DNA of 64,000 nucleotides, taken from assembly GCF_009914755.1 (NCBI RefSeq), contig NC_060931.1; one strand, given 5' to 3'. The notes below the pieces were generated by a model. It was not told where the DNA came from and ran no database searches. It was given only the letters and a program-made list of their open reading frames with translations. Positions 54,801 through 64,000 of this stretch are shown here, one piece after another. The position numbers and the translations under genes were made by a program. Numbering within the stretch: position 1 is the stretch's first letter; every line of letters starts with the position of its first letter. Source of the stretch: the human T2T-CHM13v2.0 reference genome, Homo sapiens.

Positions 54801-57800
54801 CAACTCACAGAGTTTAACCTTTCTTTTCTTAGAGCAGTTTAGAAACACTCTGCTTGTTATGTCTGCAAGTGGATATTTGGACCTCTTTGAGGCCTTCGTT
54901 GCAAACGGGGTTTCTTCCTTTCATGCTAGACTAAGAAGAGTTCTCAGTAACTTTTTTGTGTTGTGTGTATTCAACTCACAGAGTTGAACCTTGCTTTAGA
55001 GAGAGCAGATTTGAAACACTCTTGCTGTGGCATTTTCAGGTGGAGATTTCAAGCGATTTGAGGACAATTGCAGAAAAGGAAATATCTTCGTATAATAACC
55101 AGACAGAATCATTCTCAGAAAGTGCTTTGTGATGTGTGCGTTCAACTCACAGAGTTTAACCTTTCTTTTCATAGAGGAGTTTGGAAACACACTGTTTGTA
55201 AAGTCTGCAAGTGGATATATGGACCTGTTTGAGGCCTTCGTTGGAAGCGGGATTTCTTCATTGAATGCTAGACGGAAGAATTCTCAGTAAATTCTTTGTG
55301 TTGTGTGCATTCAACTCACAGAGTGGAACGTCCCTTTAGACAGAGCAGATTTGAAACACTCTTTTTGCGGAATTTGCAAGTGGAGATTTCTAGCCATTTG
55401 ATGCCAACAGTAGAAAGGGAAATATCTTCAAATAAAAACCAGACAGAATCATTCTCAGAAAATTCTTTGTGATGGGTGCGTTCAACTCACATAGTTTAAC
55501 CTTTCTTTTCATAGAGCAGTTTGGAAACACTCTGTTTGTAAAGTCTGCAAGTGGATATATGGACCGCATTGAGGCCTTCGTTGGAAACGGGATTTCTTCA
55601 TTTCATGCTAGACAGAAGAATTCTCAGTAACTTCTTTGTGCTGTGTGTATTCAACTCACAGAGTGGAACGTCCCTTTGCACAGAGCAGATTTGAAACACT
55701 CTTTTTCTGGAGTTTGCAAGTGGAGATTTCAAGCGATTTGATGCCAACAGTAGAAAAGGAAATATCTTCAAATAAAAACTAGACAGAATCATTCTCAGAA
55801 ACTACTTTGTGATGTGTGCCTTCAACTCACAGAGTTTAACCTTTCTTTTCTTAGAGCAGTTTAGAAACACTCTGCTTGTTATGTCTGCAAGTGGATATTT
55901 GGACCTCTTTGAGGCCTTCGTTGCAAACGGGGTTTCTTCCTTTCATGCTAGACTAAGAAGAGTTCTCAGTAACTTTTTTGTGTTGTGTGTATTCAACTCA
56001 CAGAGTTGAACCTTGCTTTAGAGAGAGCAGATTTGAAACACTCTTGCTGTGGCATTTTCAGGTGGAGATTTCAAGCGATTTGAGGACAATTGCAGAAAAG
56101 GAAATATCTTCGTATAATAACCAGACAGAATCATTCTCAGAAAGTGCTTTGTGATGTGTGCGTTCAACTCACAGAGTTTAACCTTTCTTTTCATAGAGGA
56201 GTTTGGAAACACACTGTTTGTAAAGTCTGCAAGTGGATATATGGACCTGTTTGAGGCCTTCGTTGGAAACGGGATTTCTTCATTGAATGCTAGACGGAAG
56301 AATTCTCAGTAAATTCTTTGTGTTGTGTGCATTCAACTCACAGAGTGGAACGTCCCTTTAGACAGAGCAGATTTGAAACACTCTTTTTGCGGAATTTGCA
56401 AGTGGAGATTTCTAGCCATTTGATGCCAACAGTAGAAAGGGAAATATCTTCAAATAAAAACCAGACAGAATCATTCTCAGAAAATTCTTTGTGATGGGTG
56501 CGTTCAACTCACATAGTTTAACCTTTCTTTTCATAGAGCAGTTTGGAAACACTCTGTTTGTAAAGTCTGCAAGTGGATATATGGACCGCATTGAGGCCTT
56601 CGTTGGAAACGGGATTTCTTCATTTCATGCTAGACAGAAGAATTCTCAGTAACTTCTTTGTGCTGTGTGTATTCAACTCACAGAGTGGAACATCCCTTTG
56701 CACAGAGCAGATTTGAAACACTCTTTTTCTGGAGTTTGCAAGTGGAGATTTCAAGCGATTTGATGCCAACAGTAGAAAAGGAAATATCTTCAAATAAAAA
56801 CTAGACAGAATCATTCTCAGAAACTACTTTGTGATGTGTGCCTTCAACTCACAGAGTTTAACCTTTCTTTTCTTAGAGCAGTTTAGAAACACTCTGCTTG
56901 TTATGTCTGCAAGTGGATATTTGGACCTCTTTGAGGCCTTCGTTGCAAACGGGGTTTCTTCCTTTCATGCTAGACTAAGAAGAGTTCTCAGTAACTTTTT
57001 TGTGTTGTGTGTATTCAACTCACAGAGTTGAACCTTGCTTTAGAGAGAGCAGATTTGAAACACTCTTGCTGTGGAATTTTCAGGTGGAGATTTCAAGCGA
57101 TTTGAGGACAATTGCAGAAAAGGAAATATCTTCGTATAATAACCAGACAGAATCATTCTCAGAAAGTGCTTTGTGATGTGTGCGTTCAACTCACAGAGTT
57201 TAACCTTTCTTTTCATAGAGGAGTTTGGAAACACACTGTTTGTAAAGTCTGCAAGTGGATATATGGACCTGTTTGAGGCCTTCGTTGGAAACGGGATTTC
57301 TTCATTGAATGCTAGACGGAAGAATTCTCAGTAAATTCTTTGTGTTGTGTGCATTCAACTCACAGAGTGGAACGTCCCTTTAGACAGAGCAGATTTGAAA
57401 CACTCTTTTTGCGGAATTTGCAAGTGGAGATTTCTAGCCATTTGATGCCAACAGTAGAAAGGGAAATATCTTCAAATAAAAACCAGACAGAATCATTCTC
57501 AGAAAATTCTTTGTGATGTGTGCGTTCAACTCACATAGTTTAACCTTTCTTTTCATAGAGCACTTTGGAAACACTCTGTTTGTAAAGTCTGCAAGTGGAT
57601 ATATGGACCGCATTGAGGCCTTCGTTGGAAACGGGATTTCTTCATTTCATGCTAGACAGAAGAATTCTCAGTAACTTCTTTGTGCTGTGTGTATTCAACT
57701 CACAGAGTGGAACGTCCCTTTGCACAGAGCAGATTTGAAACACTCTTTTTGTGGAGTTTGCAAGTGGAGATTTCAAGCGATTTGATGCCAACAGTAGAAA

Positions 57801-60800
57801 AGGAAATATCTTCAAATAAAAACTAGACAGAATCATTCTCAGAAACTACTTTGTGATGTGTGCCTTCAACTCACAGAGTTTAACCTTTCTTTTCTTAGAG
57901 CAGTTTAGAAACACTCTGCTTGTTATGTCTGCAAGTGGATATTTGGACCTCTTTGAGGCCTTCGTTGCAAACGGGGTTTCTTCCTTTAATGCTAGACTAA
58001 GAAGAGTTCTCAGTAACTTTTTTGTGTTGTGTGTATTCAACTCACAGAGTTGAACCTTGCTTTAGAGAGAGCAGATTTGAAACACTCTTGCTGTGGCATT
58101 TTCAGGTGGAGATTTCAAGCGATTTGAGGACAATTGCAGAAAAGGAAATATCTTCGTATAATAACCAGACAGAATCATTCTCAGAAAGTGCTTTGTGATG
58201 TGTGCGTTCAACTCACAGAGTTTAACCTTTCTTTTCATAGAGGAGTTTGGAAACACACTGTTTGTAAAGTCTGCAAGTGGATATATGGACCTGTTTGAGG
58301 CCTTCGTTGGAAACGGGATTTCTTCATTGAATGCTAGACGGAAGAATTCTCAGTAAATTCTTTGTGTTGTGTGCATTCAACTCACAGAGTGGAACGTCCC
58401 TTTAGACAGAGCAGATTTGAAACACTCTTTTTGCGGAATTTGCAAGTGGAGATTTCTAGCCATTTGATGCCAACAGTAGAAAGGGAAATATCTTCAAATA
58501 AAAACCAGACAGAATCATTCTCAGAAAATTCTTTGTGATGGGTGCGTTCAACTCACATAGTTTAACCTTTCTTTTCATAGAGCAGTTTGGAAACACTCTG
58601 TTTGTAAAGTCTGCAAGTGGATATATGGACCGCATTGAGGCCTTCGTTGGAAACGGGATTTCTTCATTTCATGCTAGACAGAAGAATTCTCAGTAACTTC
58701 TTTGTGCTGTGTGTATTCAACTCACAGAGTGGAACATCCCTTTGCACAGAGCAGATTTGAAACACTCTTTTTCTGGAGTTTGCAAGTGGAGATTTCAAGC
58801 GATTTGATGCCAACAGTAGAAAAGGAAATATCTTCAAATAAAAACTAGACAGAATCATTCTCAGAAACTACTTTGTGATGTGTGCCTTCAACTCACAGAG
58901 TTTAACCTTTCTTTTCTTAGAGCAGTTTAGAAACACTCTGCTTGTTATGTCTGCAAGTGGATATTTGGACCTCTTTGAGGCCTTCGTTGCAAACGGGGTT
59001 TCTTCCTTTCATGCTAGACTAAGAAGAGTTCTCAGTAACTTTTTTGTGTTGTGTGTATTCAACTCACAGAGTTGAACCTTGCTTTAGAGAGAGCAGATTT
59101 GAAACACTCTTGCTGTGGCATTTTCAGGTGGAGATTTCAAGCGATTTGAGGACAATTGCAGAAAAGGAAATATCTTCGTATAATAACCAGACAGAATCAT
59201 TCTCAGAAAGTGCTTTGTGATGTGTGCGTTCAACTCACAGAGTTTAACCTTTCTTTTCATAGAGGAGTTTGGAAACACACTGTTTGTAAAGTCTGCAAGT
59301 GGATATATGGACCTGTTTGAGGCCTTCGTTGGAAACGGGATTTCTTCATTGAATGCTAGACGGAAGAATTCTCAGTAAATTCTTTGTGTTGTGTGCATTC
59401 AACTCACAGAGTGGAACGTCCCTTTAGACAGAGCAGATTTGAAACACTCTTTTTGCGGAATTTGCAAGTGGAGATTTCTAGCCATTTGATGCCAACAGTA
59501 GAAAGGGAAATATCTTCAAATAAAAACCAGACAGAATCATTCTCAGAAAATTCTTTGTGATGTGTGCGTTCAACTCACATAGTTTAACCTTTCTTTTCAT
59601 AGAGCAGTTTGGAAACACTCTGTTTGTAAAGTCTGCAAGTGGATATATGGACCGCATTGAGGCCTTCGTTGGAAACGGGATTTCTTCATTTCATGCTAGA
59701 CAGAAGAATTCTCAGTAACTTCTTTGTGCTGTGTGTATTCAACTCACAGAGTGGAACGTCCCTTTGCACAGAGCAGATTTGAAACACTCTTTTTGTGGAG
59801 TTTGCAAGTGGAGATTTCAAGCGATTTGATGCCAACAGTAGAAAAGGAAATATCTTCAAATAAAAACTAGACAGAATCATTCTCAGAAACTACTTTGTGA
59901 TGTGTGCCTTCAACTCACAGAGTTTAACCTTTCTTTTCTTAGAGCAGTTTAGAAACACTCTGCTTGTTATGTCTGCAAGTGGATATTTGGACCTCTTTGA
60001 GGCCTTCGTTGCAAACGGGGTTTCTTCCTTTCATGCTAGACTAAGAAGAGTTCTCAGTAACTTTTTTGTGTTGTGTGTATTCAACTCACAGAGTTGAACC
60101 TTGCTTTAGAGAGAGCAGATTTGAAACACTCTTGCTGTGGCATTTTCAGGTGGAGATTTCAAGCGATTTGAGGACAATTGCAGAAAAGGAAATATCTTCG
60201 TATAATAACCAGACAGAATCATTCTCAGAAAGTGCTTTGTGATGTGTGCGTTCAACTCACAGAGTTTAACCTTTCTTTTCATAGAGGAGTTTGGAAACAC
60301 ACTGTTTGTAAAGTCTGCAAGTGGATATATGGACCTGTTTGAGGCCTTCGTTGGAAACGGGATTTCTTCATTGAATGCTAGACGGAAGAATTCTCAGTAA
60401 ATTCTTTGTGTTGTGTGCATTCAACTCACAGAGTGGAACGTCCCTTTAGACAGAGCAGATTTGAAACACTCTTTTTGCGGAATTTGCAAGTGGAGATTTC
60501 TAGCCATTTGATGCCAACAGTAGAAAGGGAAATATCTTCAAATAAAAACCAGACAGAATCATTCTCAGAAAATTCTTTGTGATGGGTGCGTTCAACTCAC
60601 ATAGTTTAACCTTTCTTTTCATAGAGCAGTTTGGAAACACTCTGTTTGTAAAGTCTGCAAGTGGATATATGGACCGCATTGAGGCCTTCGTTGGAAACGG
60701 GATTTCTTCATTTCATGCTAGACAGAAGAATTCTCAGTAACTTCTTTGTGCTGTGTGTATTCAACTCACAGAGTGGAACATCCCTTTGCACAGAGCAGAT

Positions 60801-63800
60801 TTGAAACACTCTTTTTCTGGAGTTTGCAAGTGGAGATTTCAAGCGATTTGATGCCAACAGTAGAAAAGGAAATATCTTCAAATAAAAACTAGACAGAATC
60901 ATTCTCAGAAACTACTTTGTGATGTGTGCCTTCAACTCACAGAGTTTAACCTTTCTTTTCTTAGAGCAGTTTAGAAACACTCTGCTTGTTATGTCTGCAA
61001 GTGGATATTTGGACCTCTTTGAGGCCTTCGTTGCAAACGGGGTTTCTTCCTTTCATGCTAGACTAAGAAGAGTTCTCAGTAACTTTTTTGTGTTGTGTGT
61101 ATTCAACTCACAGAGTTGAACCTTGCTTTAGAGAGAGCAGATTTGAAACACTCTTGCTGTGGCATTTTCAGGTGGAGATTTCAAGCGATTTGAGGACAAT
61201 TGCAGAAAAGGAAATATCTTCGTATAATAACCAGACAGAATCATTCTCAGAAAGTGCTTTGTGATGTGTGCGTTCAACTCACAGAGTTTAACCTTTCTTT
61301 TCATAGAGGAGTTTGGAAACACACTGTTTGTAAAGTCTGCAAGTGGATATATGGACCTGTTTGAGGCCTTCGTTGGAAACGGGATTTCTTCATTGAATGC
61401 TAGACGGAAGAATTCTCAGTAAATTCTTTGTGTTGTGTGCATTCAACTCACAGAGTGGAACGTCCCTTTAGACAGAGCAGATTTGAAACACTCTTTTTGC
61501 GGAATTTGCAAGTGGAGATTTCTAGCCATTTGATGCCAACAGTAGAAAGGGAAATATCTTCAAATAAAAACCAGACAGAATCATTCTCAGAAAATTCTTT
61601 GTGATGGGTGCGTTCAACTCACATAGTTTAACCTTTCTTTTCATAGAGCAGTTTGGAAACACTCTGTTTGTAAAGTCTGCAAGTGGATATATGGACCGCA
61701 TTGAGGCCTTCGTTGGAAACGGGATTTCTTCATTTCATGCTAGACAGAAGAATTCTCAGTAACTTCTTTGTGCTGTGTGTATTCAACTCACAGAGTGGAA
61801 CGTCCCTTTGCACAGAGCAGATTTGAAACACTCTTTTTGTGGAGTTTGCAAGTGGAGATTTCAAGCGATTTGATGCCAACAGTAGAAAAGGAAATATCTT
61901 CAAATAAAAACTAGACAGAATCATTCTCAGAAACTACTTTGTGATGTGTGCCTTCAACTCACAGAGTTTAACCTTTCTTTTCTTAGAGCAGTTTAGAAAC
62001 ACTCTGCTTGTTATGTCTGCAAGTGGATATTTGGACCTCTTTGAGGCCTTCATTGCAAACGGGGTTTCTTCCTTTCATGCTAGACTAAGAAGAGTTCTCA
62101 GTAACTTTTTTGTGTTGTGTGTATTCAACTCACAGAGTTGAACCTTGCTTTAGAGAGAGCAGATTTGAAACACTCTTGCTGTGGCATTTTCAGGTGGAGA
62201 TTTCAAGCGATTTGAGGACAATTGCAGAAAAGGAAATATCTTCGTATAATAACCAGACAGAATCATTCTCAGAAAGTGCTTTGTGATGTGTGCGTTCAAC
62301 TCACAGAGTTTAACCTTTCTTTTCATAGAGGAGTTTGGAAACACACTGTTTGTAAAGTCTGCAAGTGGATATATGGACCTGTTTGAGGCCTTCGTTGGAA
62401 ACGGGATTTCTTCATTGAATGCTAGACGGAAGAATTCTCAGTAAATTCTTTGTGTTGTGTGCATTCAACTCACAGAGTGGAACGTCCCTTTAGACAGAGC
62501 AGATTTGAAACACTCTTTTTGCGGAATTTGCAAGTGGAGATTTCTAGCCATTTGATGCCAACAGTAGAAAGGGAAATATCTTCAAATAAAAACCAGACAG
62601 AATCATTCTCAGAAAATTCTTTGTGATGTGTGCGTTCAACTCACATAGTTTAACCTTTCTTTTCATAGAGCAGTTTGGAAACACTCTGTTTGTAAAGTCT
62701 GCAAGTGGATATATGGACCGCATTGAGGCCTTCGTTGGAAACGGGATTTCTTCATTTCATGCTAGACAGAAGAATTCTCAGTAACTTCTTTGTGCTGTGT
62801 GTATTCAACTCACAGAGTGGAACATCCCTTTGCACAGAGCAGATTTGAAACACTCTTTTTCTGGAGTTTGCAAGTGGAGATTTCAAGCGATTTGATGCCA
62901 ACAGTAGAAAAGGAAATATCTTCAAATAAAAACTAGACAGAATCATTCTCAGAAACTACTTTGTGATGTGTGCCTTCAACTCACAGAGTTTAACCTTTCT
63001 TTTCTTAGAGCAGTTTAGAAACACTCTGCTTGTTATGTCTGCAAGTGGATATTTGGACCTCTTTGAGGCCTTCGTTGCAAACGGGGTTTCTTCCTTTCAT
63101 GCTAGACTAAGAAGAGTTCTCAGTAACTTTTTTGTGTTGTGTGTATTCAACTCACAGAGTTGAACCTTGCTTTAGAGAGAGCAGATTTGAAACACTCTTG
63201 CTGTGGCATTTTCAGGTGGAGATTTCAAGCGATTTGAGGACAATTGCAGAAAAGGAAATATCTTCGTATAATAACCAGACAGAATCATTCTCAGAAAGTG
63301 CTTTGTGATGTGTGCGTTCAACTCACAGAGTTTAACCTTTCTTTTCATAGAGGAGTTTGGAAACACACTGTTTGTAAAGTCTGCAAGTGGATATATGGAC
63401 CTGTTTGAGGCCTTCGTTGGAAACGGGATTTCTTCATTGAATGCTAGACGGAAGAATTCTCAGTAAATTCTTTGTGTTGTGTGCATTCAACTCACAGAGT
63501 GGAACGTCCCTTTAGACAGAGCAGATTTGAAACACTCTTTTTGCGGAATTTGCAAGTGGAGATTTCTAGCCATTTGATGCCAACAGTAGAAAGGGAAATA
63601 TCTTCAAATAAAAACCAGACAGAATCATTCTCAGAAAATTCTTTGTGATGTGTGCGTTCAACTCACATAGTTTAACCTTTCTTTTCATAGAGCAGTTTGG
63701 AAACACTCTGTTTGTAAAGTCTGCAAGTGGATATATGGACCGCATTGAGGCCTTCGTTGGAAGCGGGATTTCTTCATTTCATGCTAGACAGAAGAATTCT

Positions 63801-64000
63801 CAGTAACTTCTTTGTGCTGTGTGTATTCAACTCACAGAGTGGAACATCCCTTTGCACAGAGCAGATTTGAAACACTCTTTTTCTGGAGTTTGCAAGTGGA
63901 GATTTCAAGCGATTTGATGCCAACAGTAGAAAAGGAAATATCTTCAAATAAAAACTAGACAGAATCATTCTCAGAAACTACTTTGTGATGTGTGCCTTCA

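Larger units (their letters stand above)
1..64000 (+). repeat. Centromeric alpha-satellite HOR array, 6-mer (1022 bp) unit, SF1-like dimeric type
   Basis: Uninterrupted ~171-bp monomers with alphoid motifs (CATTCTCAGAAA, TTCAACTCACAGAG, TTTGAAACACTCT, CTTCGTTGGAAACGGGA). The sequence and the ORF track recur every 1022 bp (51, 1073, 2095, 3117...). 64 units, all in the same orientation. Confidence 0.99.

Noticed and set aside
51-63968. Roughly 200 short ORFs (64-114 aa) on both strands
   Set aside because: They are translations of satellite monomers recurring with the HOR period, overlap on opposite strands, are broken at random by variants and resemble no protein family I recognise.
1-64000. 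CRISPR-like array or prokaryotic repeat system
   Set aside because: No unique spacers and no associated genes; the inter-motif sequence is itself repeated and is recognisably alpha satellite.
1-64000. L1/Alu insertion, inversion or foreign DNA
   Set aside because: Unit spacing (1022, 1021, 1018, 789, 682) accounts for the whole window; no poly-A tail, target-site duplication or strand switch seen.

Overview
The whole 64-kb window is primate centromeric alpha-satellite DNA: ~171-bp monomers in one orientation, organised as a 1022-bp six-monomer higher-order repeat (HOR) built from three ~340-bp A/B dimers, with a CENP-B box in every second monomer. I count 64 HOR units (the last one partial). 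Unit size, dimeric organisation and the 340/682-bp EcoRI spacing fit the suprachromosomal family 1 array D7Z1 of human chromosome 7; this assignment is from recall, not from an alignment. I see no genes, transposon insertions or inversions, and the ORF track only reflects repeat periodicity. I did not find a new biological system. The notable content is structural and evolutionary: three related 4-mer HOR variants spaced exactly 3747 bp apart, one out-of-register 233-bp deletion, a recent 4087-bp tandem duplication, 2-HOR super-periodicities, a common CENP-B-box-disrupting variant (28 of the first 53 units, none of the last 11) and a few clustered mutations. All variant positions and counts were read by eye and should be confirmed by alignment.
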